A DNA stretch of 64,000 nt. Source: the human T2T-CHM13v2.0 reference genome, Homo sapiens. A model generated the notes under the pieces. The model made no database searches and had not been told where the DNA came from. It worked only from the letters and a program-made list of their open reading frames with translations. Of the stretch, positions 39,067-53,900 are shown in pieces. Every line of letters starts with the position of its first letter. The first letter of the stretch is position 1. The stretch lies in assembly GCF_009914755.1 (NCBI RefSeq), contig NC_060928.1; one strand, 5' to 3'. The translations under genes were made by a program, and so were the position numbers.

Positions 39067-40988
39067 AACTCCCTAAAAAACAGGTTTCAGAATTTTTGGA
39101 TTCATAAATATAAACCAAACTATACTAGAAATTATATTTAAATTAGATGGCTAATCAAACTGAAATAAATCATATTTAGTATTTGAATTTCTCTCCACAG
39201 TTTTTATTTCAGTAAATAAGCTTTAAAAATATGCAGTTATAATAAAAAAGCAGTCACAGCAGGTGTATTTCAAATTGAGTGTAGCAGAGCTATAATTAGA
39301 CTGTTCTTAATTGTGATTATGAAAAAGGCCTGCAACTGATTGAGAAGAGATTTCAAGGAAGCCAGGAGAGAAAACGCTAATGGAGGTGGGGATGGAAGTG
39401 GAGAGAAAGATGGGTTTATTAAGGGGGACACTAGTGACACCATAGGAAAGGCAATATCACCACTCTAAAGTACTATTTAGTTAGCAAGAGGTTTCAAAAT
39501 AATACTGAGATCTAAACTCTCAGCCTTTAGAGGTGATGTCTACATTTGCAGACGGGAGGAAGGTTCAAGACCAGGTATTATTTCAGTGTCCAGAATCCAA
39601 TAGCGGAGAGTTAAGTTAAAACCAAGTCCTGATACCACTTAAACTACTTAAAGTGTGAAATGAACTCTCAAGAGCGGCATCCAGGTTTCAAGTTTTAATT
39701 TCGGGGTTTCACATTGGCATTTTACATCAAAGATATGTTTTGTTATTTTCAGACAAATTTACTAATTTTGTGAAATATCTAGTGAAATAATTTATAAGGA
39801 CGTTGGGTGGTTCACACTTTTCTTACATTTTAATTTCTCAAGTGTGCTTGGATAGTGTATTATCAAAGGTAGTTTTCCATGGAAGCAAATTTCTGTGATG
39901 CTGTAAAAATTTGACCCCAAATTTATTTTACATGAAAATAAAACAAAGTTCTTGGGAAATTACTAGAAATTACAATGAAAGACAGATGAAAAGAAACTTT
40001 AAAAATTCTGTGTGATGAAATCAGTATAATCAAAATTAAAATACAAGTAGCAATAAGAGAAGTTTTGTGTCATGCACAAAAATACTATATGAACTTTTTA
40101 TATATATTAGCTAATACAAATGAAGAATTAAAGTGAATCAAAATACCTAACGAAAATGGTTCAAATGAAATTAAGGAAGTTAATTTTAAGTTCATATATT
40201 ATTTAATAATAGCCACATAAAACTTAGAACTAATTTTTTCAACAGTTGTAAATATTGACTATATTGATAATGACACATATTTTCACAAGGAAAAATGTGT
40301 GAAAATGTATATTTTATTACATCTTGGGAGTATAAATCAGTGGAAGATCATTAAAGGGTGAAAAACCTGTACCTATTACAATTTTAAATGTGAATACCTC
40401 TGCGCCACAGCCAATAGTTTTTTTTGTTTTTTTTTCCAAATTTCAAAATAAAGATTATTTAAGTAACTTTTAAATACTAAACACAAAGTAAAATTAAATA
40501 TTCGTTTGGATTTTAGGATCAATATATACTAAAAGATGGAACTATTTCTACAGAAAATATGGGACCAAATTAAAAGAAACCACATTATTAATTAACATGG
40601 ATTATTATTTCTTGTTTAATTAAAACACATTTAACATATTTAATAGTACCTACATTTAATTTAGATCTTTGCCATGCTAATTTTTATTTAATACACATTT
40701 AATATGTATTTAATGTATAAAATATATCTTACTATTTGGAGAAGGAGTTTTTAAGTTTTTAAGGGGTATATTTCACTTTAAAACACTGAGATTCAGGTAG
40801 GTCTTTTTAAGCTGGTGCCCTGAGTGCCTCTTTTCACATCCTAGTAATGATGCCTTTAAGAATGCAATGGACATTCCATTAAAAAAAAGGAAAGTTCTAT
40901 GTTAAGGTGGCGAATATGTGTAGTAAACGATCACATACATTTTTCTTGTTAAACAAGAACTGCGGTATAATTACAAAAAATACCATAA

Positions 40989-40989
<1 letters not shown>

Positions 40990-41026
<37 letters not shown>
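40990..41026 (+). repeat. (CA)n microsatellite, ~18 units
   Basis: Direct, uninterrupted. Confidence 0.98.
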
Positions 41027-41028
<2 letters not shown>

Positions 41029-42081
41029 AATGTATGTATATATTGCTTCTCCAACTATTCTTTATTTACTGCGTTGACACCAAGAAAATGTCACTATAAA
41101 GACAAATTTGCTATAAATAACCATGATCTTATTTGTAAAAATGTTGCTTCAAACCAGAAAATTTCACGAACAAATCATTCACTTTATACGTATGAATATT
41201 AAAAAAGCTAAAAGGTGAATTATATTATACTGAAACTACAACTATGTTTTCAATGATATGACTGAATCAGATTTTATAAGCCAATTTCAGTGAAAAGAAA
41301 GAGCTCTTTCCGAGAAGTGTGTTTAATATTTAACACAAAATGAAATTAAATATTTATTTGTTTTTTCTTGAAACATTTATTTATTTAAGCATGCTTTGGT
41401 AAATTTCCTCAATTCATTTTTACTAAAGAAATATTCTCTCTATAGTATCGTTTGTAAAGGCAGGAAATTAATGGGTTTTCATTTTGTTGTAGAGAAATGG
41501 CACTTTAATAGCGTTACTATTTTAATGTACTGCTATGGTTCAAATGAGTGTATTTCATGTTTTAGTACTTAGAATGTGAATCATTAAAGAGCTTATTTGT
41601 TACACTTTTGTGACATATGTTGAATTTGTTTTTTTCTGGTTAAGAACACAAAACATATATCTTTTAAATTTTTCTATTACTTCCATTGTTATTCATTAAA
41701 TGAGTCCCATTGTAATTTAGTTTTATTTTATATTACTTTATGTTATATTTATATCATTTCATTTTAATTTGAGAGTTCTTTCAGTAAACTTAAAAAAACA
41801 CATTTTTTAAAGCTTTACTATGAGATGGGTCATTCAGTTATTAACATGGACTGTACCCACGAAGTAAGATTTAATGGCTTGCAGTATTGAATAGAGTTTT
41901 GCTAACCTGAGCTTTATGGACAAATGCTTCGGAAGAGTTTATGCCAACAGATAAATGTCATAATTTCTTATTATAGTACATTACTTGAATTGATCTGCCA
42001 ACTCCCCCTTAACTAAAAACTCATTTCAATAAATGAAATTCAACTCAAAATGAACAAAATTCAAAAATCTGTGTTTTTTAA

Positions 42082-42292
42082 CAGGGTTTGACAAATTTTC
42101 TATAAAGGAGCAGACAGCAAATATTCTAATCTTTGCAGTCTATATGATCTCTGTCCTACTGTTCAACCCTATCATTATAGTACAAAAGTAGCCATAAAAC
42201 ACTTAGAATAGGTGTGACTATGTTTTGATAAAACTTTATTTACAAAAGCAGACAGCTAGCCAGATTTGACCAGCCACAGTTTGCCAACCCCT
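42082..42292 (-). mobile_element. MER58A DNA transposon
   Basis: cagggtttgacaaa...aaaactttatttacaaaa...gtttgccaacccc terminal inverted repeats. Confidence 0.85.
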
Positions 42293-42301
42293 TCACCAGA
42301 G

Positions 42302-42595
42302 CAGTGCTTCTTGAAGGGTGGTCCACAAACCAGCGCTACCAACATCACCTGAGAGCTTCCTAGAAATGTAAATTATCACTTCCTACCCCTACAAGATCTA
42401 CATTTTGGGGTGTAGTTTCCAGTAGCCTGTGACATAATGTGTCCATTATGTAAAAGAGTATTAAAACACAGATTCCCAGGATTTACATGAAAGATTATGT
42501 CTCAGTAGGTCTGGGATGGGCCTGAAAGTTATCAATTTTAACAAACTCTGGGTAATTTTGATGGAGCTAGTCTTCTGACCACACTTTGAATAGAG
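42302..42595. mobile_element. MER5A-like fragments (two partial copies)
   Basis: cagtgcttct..gtggtcc...catcacctgagagctt..tagaaatg and ctcagtaggtctgggatgggcctga...accacactttga. Confidence 0.7.
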
Positions 42596-42889
42596 CTTTC
42601 CAGAAGGCATTAAGATGGTGTCATATGTCATCCTACCCTAAATAACTCTCCTACATTATATTTTTAAACTTAAATTAATTTCATTTACTTGATCATTCAT
42701 TCATACAAATATGAATACATACAAATATAAAAGATATATTTAGTGAGAAACTACTTTGTTATGCATTAGGGGTTCAAAGATGAATCACAAAGACCTCGTT
42801 GGTGTTACCAGAAAAAAAATTGAGTAAAACAATTAGTTTAAATGACTAAAACAAACAAAATAATAAAAAAGTTTGGATTTATTAAGTAA

Positions 42890-43685
42890 ATAATTATTGA
42901 GCATTACAAATACTTGCAATGTTTCCAGTTAATGTGCTAAGTGTTTGGTATACAAAGTTGAGTAAACACAATTCCCAGCACTCAAGGAACAAACTAGTGG
43001 AAGAGTAAACAACACACATTTTCTATATAACAGATGAGGTGTCCCATTTAGTTGGTCTCTGAGTGTTCTGAGCAATAGTTATTTAGCCATATGAAGTCTA
43101 ATGAGAAAGAAGACCATGTGCAATGATAAGGAGGCAGAAATAAATGGTGACTGTTAAAGGAACTTCAGTAATTCACTACTGAGCAGAAATAATGATGTGG
43201 AATTGGAAAAGATGAGGTTTAAGATGGAATCAGAAATATTTTGGGGCCTTGAACAATATTTCAGTTTTGGGACTATGGTGGTCCCTCCTATTTAAAACCC
43301 AATTAAAAATGTTAATTAGGGAAATCACTTGGTAAGATCTATGTAACCCATACCATCTCTCTGGCAAACTGTGAAGATTTAATCGAAAGGCACAAGACCA
43401 AAATGCCACCTCCTGGGCATGGCCTTCCTTAGCCACCCTATTTATTGCTTCCCCCACCATAGTTACCATCCAAAAGGGTAGTCTATGTTATTATCTTCAT
43501 AATTCTTAGTTCAAAATTAAGTCATTATTTTCATGTGTTTTTTACTTTACATTTTTTTCTCTGCTCCTCTCTCATCAACAGTTTAAACTCATGAAAATTG
43601 GGAACTAGTCTTTCTTGATTATTACTATAACATAGTGCCTAGAGGACTGAATGTCATACAAAATATATATGTTGAATAATGTACA
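42890..43685. mobile_element. L2 fragments
   Basis: tattgagca..tgtgctaag..cccagcactcaagga (antisense) and aatgccacctcct..ggccttcctt..ccacc...agtgcctaga (sense). Confidence 0.6.
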
Positions 43686-44189
43686 CATGAACAATAATTA
43701 CCTAGACAAGTAAGTGAATTGTGGTATATGTGACTGAAATAATTATTACAGAAGAAAAATCACATTTTGTGGAATGGGGGTTACAGTGAATTTCAACTGC
43801 CTAGGGGCATCTGGAAGATTTCTGGTAGGTATTTGGCTGTATAGATATTATAGATCTTACAGGTGTCAGTGACCACTTAAGTTATAAAGTTAGATGAGAT
43901 CTTTAAGGAGAAAATGTATGTAGGGAGAAAAGGGCTAAAAATAGTACCCAGGAAAAATTTGACACAAAAATGATAGGCAAAGGAAGAAGCAACATATGAA
44001 AGTGTTCGAGAAGGGCTTGCAAAAGAAGAAAATGAAATCTAGTGGATCATGTAGTTAGAAATGTACTTACCAAAATTTTCCCACAAAGGCAAATTGCCAA
44101 TCAATATGAAATTCTGAAGAGAGATGAAAAATAATTAAAGTGTTTATTGCATTTGGTAATTAACCTTCATGATTTAATATAGACAAAAA

Positions 44190-44295
44190 TCAATGTTATC
44201 ATTTCACAAATAAGAAAAGTTAGCATCAATGTGATTGAAAGATTTGTCTAATCTTCACATCTAGTGAGGTATGGAGTCAGAACTGAATCCATATT
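44190..44295 (-). mobile_element. MIR core fragment
   Basis: catttcacaaataagaaaa...gatttgtctaa..tcaca.ctagtgag. Confidence 0.6.
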
Positions 44296-44478
44296 TAAAG
44301 GTTTTTGTTTGTTTCACAATTTACAAACAGATTTTAAAACTGTCAAATGCTATTTTGTCATCTATTAAGATAGTACACAATGCTTCATAATTTTAAGGAC
44401 TAACTTCAGGAAATATTTTAATAGATTTAGTATTGCTATACCATTCCCATATTCCTGAAATATATCTTACTAGATACA

Positions 44479-45173
44479 TGTGGCAGAAACTAATAACTGG
44501 TCCCTAATACCCCTTCTCTTTTCCTATATGAATTGAGAAATCAGTGCTAGTGGGCCAAATTCCACTCCATCATCTGTTTTTTTTGTGTGGCTAACAAGGT
44601 AAGGATTATATTTGAATTTTTAAATAATTTTTAAATAATTTTAAAAATTCAAAAAATTCAAAAAATAGTTACATGTAGTAATGTCAAAAGTAAACAAAAT
44701 TAAAACTTCAGTGTTCATAAATTAAATCTTACCAAAACACAGCAATTCTAATTCATTTACTTGTTATTCATGATGCTTTTGTGCTGCAGTGGCAGAGTTG
44801 GGTAGTACAACAGAGACCATATGGCTCCAAAACTTTAAATAATTACCTTCTGTCCTTTTATAGATAAAGGTTGCTAACCCTTTCTCTAGAGTAATAAAAG
44901 ATTTAGCTGCATGACCACCCAGCTAAAGAGTAACTTTCCCAGGCTTCTTTGAGGCAGATAGGGCATTGTGACAGAGTTCTGACAGCGAATGTGGAAGCAG
45001 ACATTATTTGGGCAACGTCAATATAGTGCTGTGTACGCCAACAGTTATGTTCTCCATTCCTTCTTTTTCACTAGCTGGCATGGCACAATAAGGAAATAAA
45101 CTTGTATTTTTGTTTAAGGTATTGTCATTTTGGTCCTTATTTAAACAGCCAACTCAATATCCTAATCAATACA
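44479..45173 (+). mobile_element. MLT1 (J/I-like) LTR split by MER58B
   Basis: tgtggcaga start, tttcccaggctt, aaataaactt...tcctaatcaataca end. Confidence 0.65.
44535..44883 (+). mobile_element. MER58B DNA transposon
   Basis: gtgggccaaat...ggcagagttgggtagt..aacagagaccatatggc...gttgctaaccc. Confidence 0.8.
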
Positions 45174-45745
45174 TTGGTCTAATATTAATATTTTAATGTA
45201 TTCTAATAAATGCAATTTAATTTGTGAGAACTTTAGATTAGATTTTTATCAAAAAACAATTTCTTTTCAGGATGTTTACAAAAAGTGGTTAATTCATTTC
45301 TATATAAATAGAAAGTACATATTGCTGAAGAATAACTTTTGAAGCCAATTAACAAATGTTTAAGAAACATGGAAAAATAATTCGCAATTAGAAATAGTAA
45401 TTGTGCCTTTAAATGAAAAATTATCAATTTATCTAGTAATCATTAATTTAAATTAAAGTAACAATATGATTACATTTTCACCCAAAATAATCTCCTCTGT
45501 TTTCTTTGATAAGGAGGATTATCAATTCATGTGAAGCTTCTGGCTTCTCTTTGCCTTTTGATCACTCCCCCTCTTCAGTGTTTGAAAAATGCATCTGATT
45601 GGTAAGAAACTTGACTTAAATCAATCATCCCATCATACTTGTTTTTCTTGAATATGAGCTACTTGCATGAAGCACACATTCCTATCTTTGCCACAAAACA
45701 TACATCTGATGGGAGAAGGTCCTGTCTGATGTGAGTGTGCAGAAG

Positions 45746-46087
45746 TGTGATGGTTAATTTTATGTATCAGTTTGACTGGGCCATGGTACCCAACAACATT
45801 TGATATTTGATCAAACATTATTCTGGATGTTTCTGTAAAGATGCTTTTTTGGGTGAAATTAACATTTAAATGAATGGACGTTGAGTAAAGCAGATTGCCC
45901 TCCATAATATGGGTGAGCCTCATGCCTCATTCAATCAGTTAAAGGAAGTCCTTACTAGAGCAAAGACTGACTTTCCCAAGGAAGAATGTGAGCCAAATCC
46001 TTAAAATCTCTCTCTCTCTGTACACACACACACACACACACACACAACCTGTTGGTTATTTTTCTCCAGAGAACCCTGACTAATACA
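45746..46087 (+). mobile_element. MLT2 (ERVL) solo LTR with internal (CT)n(CA)n
   Basis: tgtgatggttaattttatg start, gagtaaagcagattgccctcc, gagaaccctgactaataca end. Confidence 0.9.
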
Positions 46088-46152
46088 AGGGGGTAGGAGG
46101 GAAACACTGGGAGGTTGCAATTTGGTGGGGGCAAAGCCAATTTTAAATAGAG

Positions 46153-46262
46153 ATATTAAATATATATAATTAATATGTAATAATATTTTATAATAATATA
46201 ATATATAATTACATATTATATGCTATAACATATTATAATATATAATACATAAATATAATTAT
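46153..46262. repeat. AT-rich (TA/TAA)n low-complexity tract
   Basis: Direct. Confidence 0.9.
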
Positions 46263-46278
46263 TTCTGTATCTATAATT

Positions 46279-46439
46279 CTTTTCACATGGGCTCCTGCTA
46301 TGTTGCTTAGGGTAAAATGCAGTTCCTAGTCACAGACAGAATTATAGCACACTGAGCCTCAAACTCCTGGCCTCAAGTGATCCTCTAGCCTCAGCCTCCC
46401 AAGTAGCTGGGACAACAGGCTTGTGCCACCTTGCCTGGT
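46279..46439 (-). mobile_element. FAM (fossil Alu monomer)
   Basis: Single monomer with tgcagttcctagtcacag, matching the FAM-specific tgcagtggctattcacagg segment. Confidence 0.75.
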
Positions 46440-49400
46440 GAATTCAATTTTACAGGAGGCTGGCCTCTGACTTTGAATAATACATGAGAAGTATATTTTC
46501 AGGAAGCAAAACACATACGGGCTGACTGAGACCTCTTTTATAGGCAAGTCATACAGTTTCAGCTTCTGGACTTTTGTGAGTAGGCCAGGCATATTGAAGT
46601 TAGCAGTTTGCAGAAACTAATATTGAATTATGAGGCTGGCTTTTACAGTTTTCCAAAAAAGTCATGTAGCTTTAACAAGCAGCTCTATCCTATAAGCCAT
46701 AAGGTACTTCGACTCTAGTGGGTGACTATAGTTTATGCTGCATATTTTCCAAAGTCAGTAGCTCTTTCTTTAAAAGGAGTGATCTTACCTTCATTGAAGC
46801 AGATGTCAATGAAGCAAAATTTCAAAATATTATGAAGGCAGTTCAAATGTCATCTTTGTAGACTTAGGGAGTCAGATATATATGCTACTTTAAGCTCTCA
46901 GGTAGCTGAGCTTAGCATGTGTTTTAAAGCACTGGTAAAGTCGAGTTTTAAATTTTAGATCCAAGTCTATGTAGGCAGCCCTGAATTAGTTGTTTCAGTT
47001 TCCATTTTCATTCAGGGTCAAAGCAGTAGTATGAGTGAAGAAGAGAGAGGAGTGAACTCATGTGTTTGTATATAGGCATATGAGCTATCACCAATCTGAG
47101 TTTCAACTTAGCTCTATATTAACTAATAACATATGAAGGATGAATCATTTTTTATGAAATGGATTTCTTAGACCTAAGGATTTCCATACCAAGTGGCAGC
47201 AGATACACTCACTGTTAACTCAGTTCAAAACTCAACTCTCCAAATAGTTTGAACTACATGTAACTAAATCCAATCTAAGTTCAGTTTACTACTCCAGGGG
47301 TGCCAGAAACACAGGGTTAAAAGTAATGACTATTAATATCTTTTAAATATACTGGAAGGAAAAAAAATCTGCCTCCAGTAAGATCTGCTGAGAGGAATTA
47401 CCACAGTTGTAAATCTCTAAATTTTGCATGCAGACAACACTGTTTCAATATCTCTTTCCAAGACAGGAGACATATGCATAATTGAATATTCTCCATGTGT
47501 GCAAAATTCTTTATACTAAATTTAACTTTTTGTAGGAAGCTATTTCCCAATTGAGTTTAAGTTTACAAATTTTAGATTTATGTCAGATGGTTTTGACTGT
47601 TATCCTGGTGAAGCGGAAATGAGGATTTTCCTTGCCTACTCTTCATCCTGCAGATACTTTTGTGTCTTTAATATGGTCCTATGGCAATGCTAGAAACTGT
47701 TCTGTGATTAAAGCCTTGTTTAAGGTCACATATCTGGGGACTGGGCATGGGACTGATTCTAAAATTAGGTAGATAGTAGTCAAAAAGTATAGTCATCTTT
47801 TGTGTCCTATTAACTCTTTTTACTCTATCAAAGAGGTTCATGAGGGCTTTGGTACTACATTTGTAACATATGAGGAAATGTTGGGGGTAATATTAAATCC
47901 AGTGAGAGACAGCCCTGGCAACAACTGGGAGTTTAAGAAATCTTGGTCCCATTTTGACAACTGGCTGGGACTAGACAGAAAAAAAAATGCAACAACAACA
48001 ACAAAAAGTACAAATCTTATTTTTTATGTTCAACTCACAAGAAAATTAATTTTTAATTTCAGTGTCTTAAAAGTTTGATACTTAGAGGTTTAATTTTCAA
48101 GAGTTTTTATGTTTGTGCTTTAATTTACATCAAGATATTTAATAATAGGAGAGATTTTTATTAATTGGGGGCATTTTGATATTACTAGTATTACCATTGG
48201 AAACTGTTTTTTGTGCCTTATTGGCATATTCCTTTGCCATTTACTAACAGTGCAAAACTTTTTATAAACTACAGTGGACTGTAAGACTTATAGTCATTAA
48301 GGCCCACTCAAGTGTTTTGCAGGGCCAATACTCCCTGTCACGTAGCAGTGTGATGCAATCTTACCTAGGGACTTCCAGAAGAAGATAAGGCCACCTCAGC
48401 ACATATTTAATTCACATTTGAAAAAAATGAAGTCAGCTGCATGAAAGGAATACAAATTCTCTTCTGGTTCTCTCTACCTTACATTTGTGTGTCCTTGTTT
48501 GTTTTTGCTCTTTTCCTGCAATACCCATTCCTTCCATTGGAAAAAGAAACATTAGATATCACTCCACATGAAAACAAAATTAAGAGTGAAGACAAAGCAT
48601 TCACTTTTGTAAAATTCAAGATTTTAAATGTTTGTGTCTCTTTTGGATTTGACTTTAACATTATGACAAAAGAGACACCAAGGACAATCATTAAGAATGA
48701 TGGCTTGGAATGAACTGATTCAAATAATTGGGTTGACTCATGGCTTTTATACAAGAGTAGAAATCCTGCTTTGAATCTTCATGCATAGATATTTGTCTAA
48801 TATTTCTTAAGATTATTTGTTGATTAGATTTTCTTAAAATAAAAATTTACGTCACTAGCACTCGTTGTCAGTATGGCAATGATTTGGGTTTTTCAAGAGT
48901 TAGTATAGGTAAAAGTGACTAGCTAACTGGTTTTCTATTTTTCAGTGACATATACAATCTAATCCATTATTTAGCACTGTGTGAGAAGAAGGAAAATCCT
49001 AGTGATATCCATGTTAAGGAGAGAAACTACAACAAATGAAGGGGTATTACAGATAATCTAATATCATTCCTAAAATATTCACTACAATAGACTCTTGACT
49101 ATTCTATTACATCTAAAGTTATGTATCTCACTTTTGTTCTTACTACTGAATTAGCTTTAGTACATAGTGTCAACTATTTTACTTGATAATGATCTTGGAA
49201 ATTTTTCAAAATAAATTTGTGATATGATAAAAAAAACTAAGTAGGTATTTCCAACATATTTAGAAAGCCATTATTTTTCTTTAGTTCATCTGACTTTGGT
49301 GTACAGGTATAGAAAGGTACCTAGCTAACAAGGTAGCATATTCTTTACTTCCAACGGTCTTCCATGACCATTCCTATTCCAGAGAAGACTAAGTAGCCCC

Positions 49401-49729
49401 ATATACTAGCAATCAAAAAAGACACCCAGAGGACAGCACTTGGATTCCATATAAAAAGTTAAGACACAAATATCATACACACACACATGCATTATTATTT
49501 GCTTATCTTTGTACATACTCCTTGCAAAAATCTCAAGTGTTGTATACCTTCCTATCATTAATAATCTTTATGAGAAATGTAATGCAAAAAAAAATTCTTC
49601 CATGTTCTTCACTTTCTCATTTCTACTTAAAATAATGGCTGGCCTTACATTCTAGGTATTACAAAAGAATAGATAATAGTCTTTCTCTTTCTTTTATTAC
49701 TATCTACCTTCAGAAAATTTATACCACCT

Positions 49730-50900
49730 AATATGTAATTTAAAACACTTGCACCACTTTACCTTATCTTCTCTTACTTTTGTCATTCTCTTGTCATATA
49801 TTTCTTTTACATGTGTTATAAATTCCTCACTTTATTGAAATGTAAATGTATAAATATGTATATATGTATATATATATGAGTGTTTATACATAAAAGTAGT
49901 TGCCTTTGAAAAAACAAAATTGCCATAATAATAACCAAATATAATTTATGGTATTCTTCCTTCCAAGGATTCTATACTGCTTTCTGATATAATTTCCCTT
50001 AAAATAGAAAACATATTTTAGTCTCTCTTATTATGTGGACCTGCTGGCAATGAATTATCCAAAGTGTCTTTTATTTGAGTATTCACTTTCATTTTTCAAG
50101 GGTAGTTTTCCTACATGTAGATTCTATATTGACCTTTTAAAAAATTTAAACAATTTAAATCCATTGTTCCATCAACTTCTTGTTTGCTTTGTATACATTG
50201 ATTAGTTATGTGTTACTATTTTTATACTTCTGCATGTGATATATAGTTTTTTTTGCAGCTCTTAAAATTCTTAAGGCTTTTTAAAGTAATTTTGCTACAT
50301 TATAGTTAAGTATAATGTGTTTTCTGTTTTGATTTTTTTGTTTTTTAGTTTATTTGATTTTGGCTTTTTAGAGGTTCTCGGATATGTGGGTTGGATTTTT
50401 TTTTTTATTAAAATGGAAAAATTTAGCTATATTACTTATGCAAATATTTGTATCCTTTGTTCTCTTTTCCCTCTCTTCCTTCCTGGAACTCTAATTGTGT
50501 GTATGTTATTCATTTTGATCATGTCTCACATGATATCATGTATTGGTTCCTTTTCTCCTATAATTTCTCTCTGCTTCAGTTGAGTAATTTATATTTAACA
50601 GTTCAAACTCAATGATCTTGTCTTCTGTTCAACCTGCTGCTAATCCCATCCAATGCATTTCTATTTTAAGTCTTATATTGCTCAGTTGTAAAATTTATTT
50701 TAGCTCTTTTTTAGATCTTATAATTCTGTCTCAAAATACTTCATTTCTTTGCATATGATATCCATTTGTTCCTATACTTTTTTATAATATTTATAATTAT
50801 TTAATTTATTTTCTAATTTAGTAAATAAACTATTTGTCAGGTTTCTTTTATTGACCTTACTTATCTTAGTTACTAGTCAATTTTTATGTATATATAGGTG
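49730..50900 (-). mobile_element. Ancient L1ME-like ORF1-region fragment
   Basis: ctgctggcaatgaatt, ttcatttttcaagggtagtttt, ctgctgctaatcccatccaatg. Confidence 0.65.
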
Positions 50901-53900
50901 AAGTCCAGATATTACATGAAATAAAAAAGTTTGGACTTCATGTCTATAGTTTCGTTTATTTATATGCTAGGATCTAATACCTTTTCTCTCTCTGAGTGGT
51001 AAGGTAAGCAGTTTCTACACATATTCTTCATGTGAGCTGGGAAAAATTTGGCTTCTCTTTTATATATTTTTATTATCCTTTGGACTCAACTCTAGGAAGA
51101 ACCTCATATTTAATCTCTAAAAGAATGTCCAGAACTGCACAATTTCTCTCTTCCTATAAGGGCCTCTTCTGTTGTAATTTCTGTCAAATTTGTAAATTCT
51201 GTCAAATCCCTGTCATTGGCCCAAGGATAAGAATCACTGGGCCAATGGATTTCTCTCTTCTTTTCAAGCTCTTCCACTCTCAAACCTGAACCAACAGTTC
51301 ACACTGTCATTCAAAGCCCTAATGATTTTCTCACATCTCCATATGGCAGCCTAACATAATCAGAAAATGTGTTTGCCTCTGATATTGAAACTGTGTGACT
51401 TGCATTTTGCATATGAAGGGCTTTTTCTTCACTGAAATTAAGTTCAGTAATCCTTTATTGATTTTACCATTATTTGCTAGTTGGTTAGAAAATATAATTA
51501 TTATTTCACCTGAGGTTTTCTATTGTACCAACTGAACAAAGTCCTTTCTTCTTTTCTTATCTCCTGTACAAAATCTGAAGTCTGCCTTTTCTCATTCTTA
51601 TAATTAAGAGAATGCAAATAATTGTATAATGACGCCTTGTCCAGATTTGGTTGACTTGCAGATTTCCCACTGAACATACCATTAACTCCTTCATTTGTGT
51701 TAGATAGATGAATGACTTTTACTGCTGCTTATATAATAATTTTATGTGTATTTTCAATTATTTACATAAAATTTCCTGTTTTATAAGTAGCTCTTTATAT
51801 TTATATTGTTCTTAAATTATGCTTCAATAATAATTTATTATGAAAGAATAATTATATTCATAACTGCTCCTGATGGACTACACAGATTATGAACTGCCCA
51901 TAAATTTTTTTCCACAGGATGATGTCATCTAACTAGGACAAATTGCTAAATCAAGATGGATTTCTCTATCAATAGATACTTATCTTTCTATTTGTCAATG
52001 TTTATTGTTTGTCTAGATTCTTTTTTGCTGCATTGGTCTTATCAGTACAATGGTTCTTTCATCATAGGACCTTCTCCATAGAACCCACATCTCAAATACT
52101 TATCCAAATAATTTCAATTTACTTGGTTACCTCCTGACCAATTTTGATGTTGAACCTAGTTTAGTGTTCACATGCAATTAATGATGTAACATGTAGAACA
52201 CATGAGCTATTCCCTGGCAATTTTGTGTCTATTTTCTATACAATTCCATCCTTTAGTTTCTGTGATAGACACATTTCACTGGAACCACCATATTTCAATA
52301 GGAAACATAATATTGACCAAATATTTTTCTAGTATTCTTTCTTTTTATTGTTCTTTATATTGTTTTTATTTTATATTTTCACCTTTGGCTATTCATTATG
52401 TGACACATTTTGACATATTTTGTTGTATTTTTATAAGCTAAATAACTATTAGTAATTTTATTTCAAAAATTTTAGTAGGTAGGTAAATATTCTGCCAACA
52501 AATATTCTATTTTAGCTATATCATTCTATTTATTTCAATATATCTGTATAGTAATCATATTCCTTTCTCCTACTGTACTTTCTCATTTAACTATAATTGT
52601 ATCAGGTATCATATCATATAACTAAATTTCATACTTCTATAAAACTATAAATGTTAATGAGATGAAATCTACTTTTACTCACCATTTCCTTTTTTGTTAT
52701 AAAAATATATTCTTTATGTTAGATATTTCTTTCACAATTTACTTATATTTATTATTTAGACAATCCCATATTTAACTTCAAATATACTTAAAAGTTATTT
52801 CTATTTTTAATCTATAATACAGTATTGTACATACAATAGATGCCTTATCATCTGAGTTTTTTCTACTTTTAAATCATATCTCTTTTGAATTATTATCATT
52901 CTGTTTTGAATTATCTTTCTATTTATTGCAACAGATATGTTTTCAATTTGCTTCTAATCTCCTATCTATGTTATCGTCTTTGCTTCACAGCATTATATAG
53001 GATTTATTATTCATCTATGACATTTTTGTTCCTTGACATCATTTTTTTCCAGTTTCCCCTATAAAATCAGTGCATAGTCTCTAGTCTTATAATGGCTTTA
53101 GATGAATGGAAATAAGCAATTTAGTTTATATTAATATGTCTATAAGTATATTTGTATTTATGAACTCATACATTTTAATTTACAACTTATAAATATTTAA
53201 ATTTATATTTCTAATTTTAACTTTTTTTCTTTTAAAAACAGCAAAATAACATTAATTTTCTTAATATTCCAATTATAGCTTTGGGGTCTTATAGAGACAA
53301 ACATTCTTAAATCACTTATAACTGTAAGTTAAATATGCATTACTCCTTTTTCATATGTCTTATGCTCCCTGAAGATTATTTATTCACAGCATATATTATT
53401 TTTCTTTATGTTATTTATCACTTAGTCTTTTGATTGGAATTAAAGCATCCATTATTGAAAACTAAAATGGCTTCAACATAACTAAATTATATTTAACAAA
53501 TATTTAGTCTCTTCAAACTTTGTGATTGACATTTGTTCCTGTATTAATCTTAGTATTATTGCCTATAAATAATACAGTCTTCCTTTCAATATTGTTCTCC
53601 ATATAATTTATGAAATAAAATAAACTGAAAGAAAATGATATTAATATTTTAAAGAAAAGTTAAATACATATACAAAATCATTATTCAAATTGCTCTTTAA
53701 AATCTATTTTAAATACAGCTCCCAGAATATATTGCTGTGTGTGTGTGTGCATGTGCAAATGAAAAATTAAGTGGAGGAGAGAGAAAAAGAATATATCTAA
53801 AATTTCTTAGCTTCTATTTCTTTTTAATTTATAAATTATGTTTCTATTTCCATGGTTGTACTGACAGAGATAATAAATTGTTGGGAAAAAAATAAAGAAA

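Noticed and set aside
47180-47205. CTCF-like motif ataccaagtggcagc
   Set aside because: Three mismatches to the core, including key positions; chance level
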